From: a virus | Length of the DNA: 44,711 nt | Direction: 5' to 3' (one strand) | IMG/VR virus record: IMGVR_UViG_3300029400_000004 | Shown: piece after piece, positions 22,525-31,875 of the stretch | Position numbering within the stretch: the stretch's first letter is position 1 | How the letters are laid out: each line of letters opens with the position of its first letter | Notes under the pieces: generated by a model | What the model saw: the letters and a program-made list of their open reading frames with translations, nothing else | The model's database searches: none | What the model was told of the DNA's origin: nothing | Program-made: the position numbers and the translations under genes

Positions 22525-23943
22525 ATGGGTATATTTAGCAGAATGAAAGAGATATTAAGTAACCTTTTTAGGCAAAAGGCAAGAGACGAATTTAAGATTG
22601 ATACTGTTACCAGTCCAGAGATGCAGAGAGCTATAGAAAAATGTGCATACATCTATAAGGGCAGTCCGTACTGGTTAGACAAGGACGAGCATATAAAGAC
22701 TATCAACTTTGCAAAAGCTGTATGCAGTGAGACAGCACGCCTTGCTACACTTGCGATAGGCATAGAGATAGATGGCAGTGCAAGAGCTAATTGGTTGCAG
22801 GATCAGATAGACAAAGAACTAGAGCAGGTACGACACCATGTAGAATACGGCTGCGCATACGGTACAGTTGTATTAAAGCCTAACGGCTCAAGTGTGGACT
22901 TGATCACGCCAGAAAACTTTATTGTAACGGACGAAAGCAATGGAGAGATTCAAGGCATCGTGTTTGTGCATAGAGAAATCTCCAGTGACAGCAGGACGTA
23001 TTATACAAAATTAGAATATCATCGGTACATTGAAGATGTGTACCAGATAACAAATCGTTGCTATGCATCCAAAGATGCAAACGATACAGGAAAGCTGATT
23101 GACATAGACGAGACACCTTGGCGTGGAGAACTAGAGGATGTAGGACTTGCAAACTTAAACGGACAACGCCTGTATGCAGTTCTGAGGACACCGCAGGCGA
23201 ACAATGTAGACCTGCATTGTAGTTTAGGCTTACCTATCTTTTACGAAGCAATAGAGGAGCTAAAGGACTTAGACACCGCATACAGCAGGAACGCAACGGA
23301 GATATTCGACAGTAGGCGAATGGTCCTTATTGATTCTGATAGGTTAATGGAAAGTGGTGCACCTGTGAAAGATACGCAGGCAGGCGTTGAACGAAGCAAG
23401 AAGCGTTTGAAACTACCAGAATACGTTAAAAATGTAAATGGTACTGGTTTAGATGGCTTCTACCAAGAAGTAAACCCAAGTCTTAACACCGACACACGAT
23501 TGACAGGAATCAATGCCCTGCTGTCACAGATCGGGTATAAATGCGGATTCTCTAACGGATACTTTGTATTTAACGAGACAACAGGCATTCAGACCGCTAC
23601 AGGCGTAGAAGCAGAGCAACAGAGAACAATACAGTTTATTAAGGATGTGAGGGACAAGCTACAGTTCTGCATGGATGATTTAATCGCAGCACTTAACATC
23701 TTTGCTGATCTGTACCAATTAGCACCAAGTGGACCTTATGAGACCGTGTACGACTTTGGAGACATTACATACAACGAAGATGAAGATAGAGCGAGATGGT
23801 ACAGCTATGTTACTTCTAATAAGATTCCGTTCTGGTATTATTTAGTTAAATTTGAGGGATTCAGCGAAGAAGAAGCAAAAGCACTCGAAGAAGAAGCACA
23901 ACCGAAAGAGCCAGACTTATTCGGTGCAGGAGATGAAGAATAA
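22525..23943 (+). CDS. Portal protein (SPP1 gp6-like)
   Basis: 472 aa, directly after the terminase, with an acidic C-terminus. The N-terminal pattern is typical of SPP1-type portals. Confidence 0.8.
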   Translation: MGIFSRMKEILSNLFRQKARDEFKIDTVTSPEMQRAIEKCAYIYKGSPYWLDKDEHIKTINFAKAVCSETARLATLAIGIEIDGSARANWLQDQIDKELEQVRHHVEYGCAYGTVVLKPNGSSVDLITPENFIVTDESNGEIQGIVFVHREISSDSRTYYTKLEYHRYIEDVYQITNRCYASKDANDTGKLIDIDETPWRGELEDVGLANLNGQRLYAVLRTPQANNVDLHCSLGLPIFYEAIEELKDLDTAYSRNATEIFDSRRMVLIDSDRLMESGAPVKDTQAGVERSKKRLKLPEYVKNVNGTGLDGFYQEVNPSLNTDTRLTGINALLSQIGYKCGFSNGYFVFNETTGIQTATGVEAEQQRTIQFIKDVRDKLQFCMDDLIAALNIFADLYQLAPSGPYETVYDFGDITYNEDEDRARWYSYVTSNKIPFWYYLVKFEGFSEEEAKALEEEAQPKEPDLFGAGDEE

Positions 23944-25160
23944 TGCTAACACCAGATTATCTATGGTACGTGCCAGAAAAGGCAGAGAAGCAGGCGGAAG
24001 AACTGCATAACAAAATTGTATCCGTCATTATCGAACGAATGATGATAAGGCTAGGACGTGGGGAAGATTACCTTTTTACTCCTATTGACAAGTGGCAGAT
24101 GGATGTATTGCAGGATGCAGGGTATATCTTGCAGGCGGTACAGAAAGAGATTGCACAAACAACAAAGATAGGAATTGATACAATCGCACAAACAATGAAA
24201 GAAGCAGGTATAAAGGCTATAGAGTGGGATGATGCAGTATATAAAAAGGCAGGTCTTGAACCAAAACCACTCGGGGAAAGTCCTTATCTACAACGATTAT
24301 TGCAGAGGAATTATGAAAAGACCAAGGGAGAGATGCATAACTACACCGGTACAATGCCGAACGCCTGCCACGATAACTACATAGATGCAGTGGACAAGGC
24401 ATATAACCAAACTGCAAGCGGTACAACAAGCTACACAGAAGCGGTCAAAGAAGCTGTTAACGACATTATAGACAAGGGTGCAGACATAACATACCCTAGC
24501 GGACGTAGAGACAGCATAGAGACAGCTACAGCGAGAGCGGTCCGTACTGGTGTAAGCCAGATGGCAGCAGATATTACAGACGCACGTATGGACGAGATGG
24601 ATTGGGATATTATCCTCACATCTGCCCATCTGGGAGCCAGAATCGGAAACGGTGGGAATAATTTAACTAATCATTTCTGGTGGCAAGGCAAGTTTTACAG
24701 CAAAAGCGGTAATGACCCAAGATTTCCGCCTTTTTCGGTCTGCGGTATGGGAAACGTGCAGGGAATCCATGGGGCAAACTGCCGACACTCCCACGGTCCG
24801 GGGGATGGAATAAACAATCCGTTCGAGGACTTTGACAGCGAAGAGAATCGCAAAGAATACGAGAAGAGAAAACGCCAGAGAGAGCTTGAAAGACGTATCA
24901 GAAAGACGAAACGGCAGTTGATCGGCATGAAAACGGCTGTGGATAATACAAAGGACGAAGCCTTAAAGCATGAGCTTGATATGGAATATCAGAAAAAGGC
25001 TGCACTGTTGCAGAAACAGAATCAAGCCTATAAAGACTATTGCAGACAGAACAATTTGAAAACCCAAAACGAAAGACTCAACACCGCAGGATGGGACAGA
25101 AGTCAAGCATCATCCGCTAGAGGTGCAGCAACTAGATATAATAATGCACGAGGTAAATAA
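23943..25160 (+). CDS. Head morphogenesis / minor capsid protein (SPP1 gp7 / Mu F-like)
   Basis: 405 aa, directly after the portal, with a basic coiled-coil C-terminal tail. Confidence 0.65.
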   Translation: MLTPDYLWYVPEKAEKQAEELHNKIVSVIIERMMIRLGRGEDYLFTPIDKWQMDVLQDAGYILQAVQKEIAQTTKIGIDTIAQTMKEAGIKAIEWDDAVYKKAGLEPKPLGESPYLQRLLQRNYEKTKGEMHNYTGTMPNACHDNYIDAVDKAYNQTASGTTSYTEAVKEAVNDIIDKGADITYPSGRRDSIETATARAVRTGVSQMAADITDARMDEMDWDIILTSAHLGARIGNGGNNLTNHFWWQGKFYSKSGNDPRFPPFSVCGMGNVQGIHGANCRHSHGPGDGINNPFEDFDSEENRKEYEKRKRQRELERRIRKTKRQLIGMKTAVDNTKDEALKHELDMEYQKKAALLQKQNQAYKDYCRQNNLKTQNERLNTAGWDRSQASSARGAATRYNNARGK

Positions 25161-25491
25161 TTTGGAAACTATTAATCAATTCATGGTTGCGTGTGGGTGG
25201 ATTATAACCATTGGTGGAGCTGTAGGCGTATTGTATAAAGCTTATAAGCATTACAAGAAGCCTACGGACGATTTAGAGCAACGTATAACGTCAATTGAGA
25301 CAGACATCAAAGACATTAAGAAGAAGCTTAACAGTGACTACAACGCAATTAACAGCCAACAGGACGATGTTAATTTAGTCATGAAAAGTATGTTTAATTT
25401 GATTGAGAACAAAATCACAGGGAACAACATCGAGGGTCTAAAAAAAACCCGAGACGAGTTAATAAACGCACTGACCACACACGAGAAGTAA
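25144..25491 (+). CDS. Membrane-anchored coiled-coil protein (cargo)
   Basis: TM helix FMVACGWIITIGGAVGVLY followed by a coiled coil. Start uncertain (the track uses GTG 25123). Confidence 0.5.
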   Translation: MHEVNNLETINQFMVACGWIITIGGAVGVLYKAYKHYKKPTDDLEQRITSIETDIKDIKKKLNSDYNAINSQQDDVNLVMKSMFNLIENKITGNNIEGLKKTRDELINALTTHEK

Positions 25492-25503
25492 AGGAGAACA
25501 AGA

Positions 25504-25866
25504 ATGATAATTGACGGTATAAATTTTAAAGAGTTAAATATCACAAAAGATGGGGAACTGATTGCATCCATTACAGATGGAAAAGATGGAATCGTACACA
25601 AGGACGGCTATAGAGTACAGCTTGTAGTGGAAGATGTCGGCATGTCGTTTGCAGAAGCATTTAAAAGAATGAAAGCAGGGCATAAAGTAAAACTTCCATC
25701 GTGGGGTGGTTTCTGGTACTGGGATGCAGAAAAAGAAACTATCATGATGCAGTGCAGAGATAAAGACAACGGAGAAAAGGGAGACTTATTAGATATTAGA
25801 GATACAAAAATGGTGGAATATACACTTAACAATATCTTATCTAATGAATGGCTAATTGCAGAATAA
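25504..25866 (+). CDS. DUF2829-like (Tad2-like) domain protein
   Basis: C-terminal 75 aa MSFAEAFKRMKAGHKVKLPSWGGFWYW...NEWLI follow the DUF2829 pattern (F.EA...lk.G..v....W ... .W.i). RBS AAAGGAG. Confidence 0.5.
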   Translation: MIIDGINFKELNITKDGELIASITDGKDGIVHKDGYRVQLVVEDVGMSFAEAFKRMKAGHKVKLPSWGGFWYWDAEKETIMMQCRDKDNGEKGDLLDIRDTKMVEYTLNNILSNEWLIAE

Positions 25867-25877
25867 GGAGTGAAAGT

Positions 25878-26150
25878 ATGGCTAAATATGTAAAGAAGCC
25901 TGTTGAGATAGAAGCAATCACGTTTGATGAGCTTATGAGAATCGGAGCAGAGAACGCTGATACTGTGGTTAACGGTATGCCTGTTAAGTTTACATACAAT
26001 GGTTATGTCATTAGACAATATGACAGCAATTCTTATATCATTCCGACACTAGAGGGAGATTTTCTCATGACAAAAGATGATATGCTTATCACTGGCGTAA
26101 ACGGAGAAATCTATCCATGCAAGAAAGAAATTTTTGAAAAAAACTTATGA
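25878..26150 (+). CDS. Small hypothetical protein (PGDYG-like C-terminal pattern)
   Basis: Start moved to ATG 25878 (AAGGAGTG upstream). ..DDMLITGVNGEIYPCKKEIFEKN. Confidence 0.55.
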   Translation: MAKYVKKPVEIEAITFDELMRIGAENADTVVNGMPVKFTYNGYVIRQYDSNSYIIPTLEGDFLMTKDDMLITGVNGEIYPCKKEIFEKNL

Positions 26151-26335
26151 AAAGTGTATTGAAAAATCCATAGTATAGCATTTACAATAATACTTGTAAC
26201 AAATAATAGTTGTTGTTGAATAAATCATTTTTTACTTGCTAGTATGTGATTTGTTTCGAAGATTTTTCATGTTACAACCCTTTTTCTTATTGATTTTATA
26301 AAGTATAATACGGCAGGACTTCACACGAGGTCCGT

Positions 26336-26409
26336 GGAAACATAGTTCAGTTGGTTAGAGCATCCACCTCATAAGTGGACAGTCACAGGTTCGAATCCTG
26401 TTGTTTCCA
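26336..26409 (+). tRNA. tRNA with CAT anticodon (elongator Met type; Ile2/lysidine type not excluded)
   Basis: Manual cloverleaf: acceptor GGAAACA/TGTTTCC, D arm GTTC-AGTTGGTTA-GAGC, anticodon arm TCCAC-CTCATAA-GTGGA, variable CAGTC, T arm ACAGG-TTCGAAT-CCTGT, discriminator A. 74 nt, no CCA. Confidence 0.85.
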
Positions 26410-26500
26410 TTAGCCACAAAAGTGGCAATCAATAGCATTTATTTTCTGACCCTTTATTGGTAGAGCTGTAATTTTTTCATACTCATCCAAAAAACGTTGA

Positions 26501-26530
26501 AGCATCATGTTGCCGCATGGTGCTTTTTTC
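26501..26530 (+). terminator. Rho-independent terminator after the tRNA
   Basis: 9-bp stem AGCATCATG/CATGGTGCT, loop TTGCCG, then T5. An A6 run upstream gives it partly bidirectional character. Confidence 0.6.
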
Positions 26531-26769
26531 GTGAAAAAAATTAGAAAATGAGTAGAAAAAAAGAGTCTCCATATCTTACAATAAAAGAGTAGATTGTTTG
26601 ATGCTCATGTGATTCAATCAACTAACCTCCTCCCGTAAGTTTTAAGAGAGAGTTAAAGGCTCAAGAGTGGTTCAAGTTCACTCTTCTCTTTTACCTTGGC
26701 TTAGGTTTATAAGTCTTAATCCATTACCGCATACGAGCGGTATACAAATATCGTATAGGAGGATATACA

Positions 26770-27399
26770 ATGCAGAATTACGAACAGATTTTAGCAGAAT
26801 TAGGAATCGAAGTACCAGAGGACAAAAAGTCCGATCTGAAAAAGAAGATGTCTGAAAATTACAAGACTGTAGCTGACTACGATAAACAGGTAAAGAAAAA
26901 AGATGACTACAAAATATCTTTAGACGATGTACAGACCAGATTAGCCGAATTAGAGAAAGAAGATGTTGACGGCCTTAAGGCTAAGATTACAACATTAACA
27001 CAGGAGCTTGCAGACGAAAAAGAAGCAAGAGCAAAAGAAGCTAAGCAGACAGAGTTAAGAGACAAGGTAAAAGATTTCTTATCTGATAAAAAATTTGTAA
27101 ATGCAATCACAGAAGACTCTATCCGCTCCCAGATGATTCAAAAATTAGAAGAAGAGAATGGGAAAAATGCAGAAGATGTATTTAAAGAACTTACTACTAA
27201 AGATGGGAAACCAATTGAGAACATCTTGGTTGACGAAAAGAAAGTACCAGATGTTAATATTCCAAGCTTCACAACTAAGTTCAACAGCGGAGAGCAGAAA
27301 AAGGGAACACAGAAGTTAAGGGAAATGTCTTTAGACGACAGAATGAAGCTTAAGGCAGAGGACCCAGACTACTATGCAACCTTATTAAATGACAGATAG
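26770..27399 (+). CDS. Scaffolding protein (phage GP20-like)
   Basis: 209 aa, highly charged coiled coil, MQNYEQILAELGIEVPEDKK.. start typical of GP20 scaffolds. Immediately upstream of the capsid gene. Confidence 0.75.
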   Translation: MQNYEQILAELGIEVPEDKKSDLKKKMSENYKTVADYDKQVKKKDDYKISLDDVQTRLAELEKEDVDGLKAKITTLTQELADEKEARAKEAKQTELRDKVKDFLSDKKFVNAITEDSIRSQMIQKLEEENGKNAEDVFKELTTKDGKPIENILVDEKKVPDVNIPSFTTKFNSGEQKKGTQKLREMSLDDRMKLKAEDPDYYATLLNDR

Positions 27400-27520
27400 A
27401 TAATACCGACTCACAATATGGAAGTGAGCCGCTAACCTAAAAATCCCTTAATAGTTGTAGGTAGATGGGACAAAGATAAGTCCTTATCTATTCTTATTTA
27501 GGGTAGAAAGGACTTTTTTT

Positions 27521-28540
27521 ATGCCAAGAACAGGAAGATTTGGCGGTTTTGATTTTGACCCAGAGGTTTTTTCTGAGTTTATGTCAGAAAACCCAACATG
27601 GAACGATGCAATTATTGCATCTGGTGTGTTAGCACAGGACAATACAATCATGGATTTAATCGGAGAAAAAGGAAATATCGCAACAATTCCATTCTATACA
27701 CCGATTGATGAACAGGACTCACAGGCTTTAAACAACGATGGAGAAACAGATAATACGCCTGTTGAAATTACAGGAAAGAAACAGACTTGCATGTTAATTC
27801 AGAGAATGAAAGCTTGGAAAGCAAAAGACTTTACAAAAGAGTTAACAGGTGCCGACCCTATGACTCATGTTGCAAACTCTGTTGCAAGCTTTTATAAGCA
27901 GGTAAGAACACGTGACTTAATGGCTACAGTTGATGCAGTTTTAAGTCTGTCTGGTATGGAAAACCATATTACAGACTTATCTTTAACTGGCGAGGGTACT
28001 GTTGGAGATGTAAACAAAATTGACGATACAACACTTATCTTTGCACAGCAGAAAGCTTTAGGAGATTCCGCTGACAAGATGGGATTACTTGTATTAAACT
28101 CTTACATTTATGCAAAGTACAAAGCAATGGGACTTGTTGACTACAACAAATACACTATTGCTAACGCAGTAGAAAGAGAAGTAAATCTTCCTACAATCGG
28201 TGGATTTATCCCACTGGTAACAGACAGATTTACAGTTGATACAGCAGGAACAAACCCAGTATACAAAACTTATATGCTTGGTACAGGTTCAGTGCTGACT
28301 TGCGATAAGACAAACTATGAAAACCCTTATTATACAGACTATGACCCAGAAACATCTGCCGGTATCGAAAAGCTGTATACAAAACAGGGTTATGTATTAC
28401 ATCCTAACGGATTCTCAATCAATTCTAATAAGATTGCGAAAGAGTCTCCTACAAACGCAGAGTTAGGAGCTAAAGCAAACTGGTCTTTAGCATTTAACCA
28501 GAAGAATATCCGCATGGGTGTTATTAAATCCAACGGATAA
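27521..28540 (+). CDS. Major capsid protein
   Basis: 339 aa. Position after the scaffold. N-terminal and overall pattern match major capsid proteins that pair with GP20 scaffolds. Confidence 0.8.
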   Translation: MPRTGRFGGFDFDPEVFSEFMSENPTWNDAIIASGVLAQDNTIMDLIGEKGNIATIPFYTPIDEQDSQALNNDGETDNTPVEITGKKQTCMLIQRMKAWKAKDFTKELTGADPMTHVANSVASFYKQVRTRDLMATVDAVLSLSGMENHITDLSLTGEGTVGDVNKIDDTTLIFAQQKALGDSADKMGLLVLNSYIYAKYKAMGLVDYNKYTIANAVEREVNLPTIGGFIPLVTDRFTVDTAGTNPVYKTYMLGTGSVLTCDKTNYENPYYTDYDPETSAGIEKLYTKQGYVLHPNGFSINSNKIAKESPTNAELGAKANWSLAFNQKNIRMGVIKSNG

Positions 28541-28554
28541 AAAGGAGTGATTTC

Positions 28555-29064
28555 ATGGCGTACATTGACTATGAATATTACAAAACCCTTTTTGGAGAGA
28601 AAGCAATCCCAGAAGCAGACTTTAATCGTCTGGTCTGGGATTCTTGCAAGAAGATAGATAATGCCACAACAGGCGTGGATAATGTTAAAAAGCTTAAGAT
28701 TGCTTTTCCAACAGATGAAGATGATGCAGAAGCAGTTAAAAGATGTGTTTGCGAACTTCTGTCAATCACATATAAGATTGAACAGGCAGAAACGAGAGTT
28801 GAAGCATCACAGGGTTATATCACATTAGAAGATGGAACTGTGATGAGTAAGCAGGTAGCATCTAAGAGTGCAGGAAACGAGAGTATAAGCTATGTGACTT
28901 CCAGTAACGCAGGTACGGCTACATTGATAGATAAGTGTCTAGCGGATAAGGAAGCACAAAAGCAGTTATACTCTGACACAATAAGAGACTACTTATCGGG
29001 TGTCGCAGATGCCAACGGAGTAAGTCTACTGTATATGGGAATGTACCCAACGGAGTATTTATGA
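28555..29064 (+). CDS. Head-tail connector / DNA-packaging (gp6-like) protein
   Basis: 169 aa. YIDYEYYKTLFGEKAIPEADFNRL.. is typical of phage head-tail connector proteins. Position fits. Confidence 0.55.
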   Translation: MAYIDYEYYKTLFGEKAIPEADFNRLVWDSCKKIDNATTGVDNVKKLKIAFPTDEDDAEAVKRCVCELLSITYKIEQAETRVEASQGYITLEDGTVMSKQVASKSAGNESISYVTSSNAGTATLIDKCLADKEAQKQLYSDTIRDYLSGVADANGVSLLYMGMYPTEYL

Positions 29065-29405
29065 AAGATTGTAAAGTAAATGTTTTAGGAACTACATATA
29101 AAATCAGATTCAGACACGAGAACGAAGATGAAAAACTACAAGAATTGTCTGGTTATTGCGATTATTCAAATAAAACAATAGTCGTTGCAATTTTTGAAAA
29201 AAGTGTTGATTCTGTGAATAACATTGAATCGGTTCAAAAAAGTGTGCTTAGGCATGAGATTATGCACGCTTTCTTGTATGAAAGTGGTTTAGATGGGCAG
29301 TCTTGCAACGTAGATTGTTGGGCAAAAAATGAAGAAATGATTGACTGGTTTGCTTTACAGTCTAAAAAGATTTTCAAAACTTTTAAAAAAGCAGGGGCAT
29401 TATAG
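29061..29405 (+). CDS. Small HExxH metallopeptidase-like protein inside the head-tail module
   Basis: 114 aa. ..SVLRHEIMHAFLYESG.. ATGA-coupled to the connector gene. Confidence 0.6.
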   Translation: MKDCKVNVLGTTYKIRFRHENEDEKLQELSGYCDYSNKTIVVAIFEKSVDSVNNIESVQKSVLRHEIMHAFLYESGLDGQSCNVDCWAKNEEMIDWFALQSKKIFKTFKKAGAL

Positions 29406-29418
29406 ACAGGGGGATACG

Positions 29419-29871
29419 ATGTATAACGATACAATCACACTTTTTAATAGGTATGAAAGTAAATTAGGAGATACATGGTATCCCTCTATTTTGCATAATA
29501 CGAACCTAAACATGGATAAAGCAAGCATCGTTGCAAAGTACGGTTCTGACTCACAGGACAATGCTGTATTAAACGTGCAGTATAGCCTAAAAAGCGGTCA
29601 AAAGATGGTAGGGAGTAAATTATGGCTACCGCCTAAAGAATGGTCTAAACAGGCAAATGATAAGTTACCACAGGCACTTACATTTAGTTCTAAGGCTAAT
29701 GGTTTTGACTTTTTTGTTGTTGGAGAGTGGGAGAACGAAGAGCCGATTGCAGATGATGATTATATTGACGGATTCTACGAAGAGATGAAACTTAAGTATG
29801 ATTATGTCTTTGCGATCACTGGCAGTGCTTTTTATGATATTATTCCGCATTTTGAAGTTATGGCGAAGTAG
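29419..29871 (+). CDS. Head-tail joining ('minor capsid'-type) protein
   Basis: Start moved to ATG 29419 (AGGGGGA upstream). Call rests on position and size. Confidence 0.55.
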   Translation: MYNDTITLFNRYESKLGDTWYPSILHNTNLNMDKASIVAKYGSDSQDNAVLNVQYSLKSGQKMVGSKLWLPPKEWSKQANDKLPQALTFSSKANGFDFFVVGEWENEEPIADDDYIDGFYEEMKLKYDYVFAITGSAFYDIIPHFEVMAK

Positions 29872-29879
29872 GTGGTTAC

Positions 29880-30347
29880 ATGGCTAAAAAGAAATTAGGA
29901 AATGTCAATATAAATACATCTAACATGATTGCGAATATCAGCCTTGAAAGATTTGACGACCAGATACAGCATGCTCAGTTTTGGTTAGATAGTCAAATTA
30001 TGACCGATATGGTTCCTTATATGCCACATGAAACAGGTACGTTCATTAACGTAACGAGAGCAAAAAGTGCTTCTCTTGCAGGTACTGGGATGGTATGTGC
30101 AGGTACTGGACCGATGGGACGTTTCTTGTACTATGGTAAAGGTATGGTTGACGAATTAACAGGGTCTCCATGGGCGAGAAAAGGTGCTAAGAAAGTATTA
30201 GTCACTGAATTTGCAGGACATACCAATGCAAAAGTTGACTTAAGCTACCAGAATCCTAAAGCTACTCCAAAATGGTTTGAAACAGCAAAGAAGAATCACG
30301 GTAAAGCATGGGTTACTCATGTTAAGAAGCAGGCAGGGGGAAGCTAA
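29880..30347 (+). CDS. Head-tail joining / tail completion ('minor capsid'-type) protein
   Basis: 155 aa. ..DMVPYMPHETGTFIN...GRFLYYGKGMVD.. pattern and position. Confidence 0.55.
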   Translation: MAKKKLGNVNINTSNMIANISLERFDDQIQHAQFWLDSQIMTDMVPYMPHETGTFINVTRAKSASLAGTGMVCAGTGPMGRFLYYGKGMVDELTGSPWARKGAKKVLVTEFAGHTNAKVDLSYQNPKATPKWFETAKKNHGKAWVTHVKKQAGGS

Positions 30348-30853
30348 TGGCAGAAGAAAAGAAAGCAGTCAAGTACGACATTGATGGTTTTGACGTGATC
30401 ACAACAGCATTGCAAGAACTGGTAAATCAATTCCCAGAATTAAGAGAGGGAGACGAAATTGCATTTTCTACATTAGATGATGCAAGCGGAAAAGCAATGT
30501 TCCCAGTAAGTGGTGCAGTGATTGAATCAGAAAAAGAGAGTATCACAGGACACGTCACACAGGTTTGTTTGTATCCGTTTTGCGTGATATGTCGTGCAAG
30601 CGGTACAAAACCAAAGAGGAAAGCAGACATTAAGGAGTGGTTGGACAACCTTGGCAAATGGTTAGAAAAACAAACAATCACGATTAACAATAATACATAT
30701 AAGCTAGAAGAATATCCGGTTCTGACAGGTAATCGAAAGTTTTTAACGATTGACAGACAGACACCTGCATATTTGGACAGCACAAACGAAAACAAGTCTG
30801 AGAATTGGGCAATCAACATTTCTGCTCGATACCAAAATGACTTTGATAGATAG
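30347..30853 (+). CDS. Tail completion/terminator-like protein
   Basis: 168 aa. It is the last gene before the major tail protein. Confidence 0.5.
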   Translation: MAEEKKAVKYDIDGFDVITTALQELVNQFPELREGDEIAFSTLDDASGKAMFPVSGAVIESEKESITGHVTQVCLYPFCVICRASGTKPKRKADIKEWLDNLGKWLEKQTITINNNTYKLEEYPVLTGNRKFLTIDRQTPAYLDSTNENKSENWAINISARYQNDFDR

Positions 30854-30920
30854 ATAACACATTAACTGGTCTGCATTATGGAGCAGATCACTAACCTTGA
30901 AAAGATAAAGGAGAATCAAA

Positions 30921-31451
30921 ATGGCAGCAGTTACAACAGGTAAAATTGCACGTAAATATATGGCTCATTTCTTAGATTCTGGTTCACTTTGTGGCGGAAC
31001 ATCTGGTTATGAACGTCTGGGAAAAGACTTAGAAGAGTACAATGTCGAACTAAATCCAGACACAGAAACATCTAAAAACATCATCGGAGAATCAACTTTT
31101 AAACATAACGGATACGAAGTATCTTCTGAAGCTGACCCTTATTATGCAGAAGCTGACTCTGTATTATCACAGAAATTGCAGGAAATTGTTGATAATCGTT
31201 ACACAGACGACAACTTAAAGACAAATGCTGTAGAAGTGCATATGTGGAAAGAAGCTACAAGTGGAGCTTATGAAGCATATCAGCAGGAATGTTATGTAAC
31301 ACCTACATCATACGGTGGGGATACATCTGGTTATCAGATTCCATTTACCGTCAATTATGTTGGAGAACGTACAAAAGGTACTTACAACGTTGGAACAGGT
31401 AAATTTACAGCAGCTACAAGTTCAGTAAATGCATCAAGCACAGGGAAATAG
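30921..31451 (+). CDS. Major tail protein
   Basis: 176 aa with a strong RBS. Directly upstream of the chaperone pair and the tape measure. Confidence 0.75.
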   Translation: MAAVTTGKIARKYMAHFLDSGSLCGGTSGYERLGKDLEEYNVELNPDTETSKNIIGESTFKHNGYEVSSEADPYYAEADSVLSQKLQEIVDNRYTDDNLKTNAVEVHMWKEATSGAYEAYQQECYVTPTSYGGDTSGYQIPFTVNYVGERTKGTYNVGTGKFTAATSSVNASSTGK

Positions 31452-31461
31452 GGGTTAAGCA

Positions 31462-31875
31462 ATGGAAGAATTAAGAAGAAAAGTCAAAACTGGTGCCTTA
31501 AATGTGGTACTGACCAATGAAGATGATGCAGAGATTGGAAGATTTTCTTTCAATCCTGTTGATTTAAATATCATTAGAAGATACGAAGAGGTAGTTGCTA
31601 ATCTTGAAAAGATGGAAGTACCAGAAGATGCAACAGAAAAAGACATTCTGGAATTATCCGACAGATTAGAAGAACAGATTGATTACTTACTCAACTCTAA
31701 AGCTTCTAAATCTGTATTCGCTATCTGTAATCCGCTGACGTTAACGGAAAGCGGAGATTTCTTTATTGAGAATATCATCGTTGAGATTGCGGACGTTATT
31801 GAGCAGGTAACAGATCAGAGAATCAAAAAGAAACAGGCGAAAATTAAAAGGGCAACGTCTAAGTATCACAAATAA
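31462..31875 (+). CDS. Tail assembly chaperone (gpG-like)
   Basis: 137 aa, acidic. Position between the major tail protein and Gp15/TMP. Confidence 0.6.
   Translation: MEELRRKVKTGALNVVLTNEDDAEIGRFSFNPVDLNIIRRYEEVVANLEKMEVPEDATEKDILELSDRLEEQIDYLLNSKASKSVFAICNPLTLTESGDFFIENIIVEIADVIEQVTDQRIKKKQAKIKRATSKYHK

Noticed and set aside
26544-26634. Mini-ORFs (13-29 codons, TTG starts) on the minus strand behind a perfect GGGAGGAGG motif; considered as a type I toxin
   Set aside because: The peptides are not convincingly hydrophobic and the starts are non-ATG. The plus-strand complement CCTCCTCCC is better explained as an anti-SD element of the scaffold-gene leader. This remains unresolved without RNA data.
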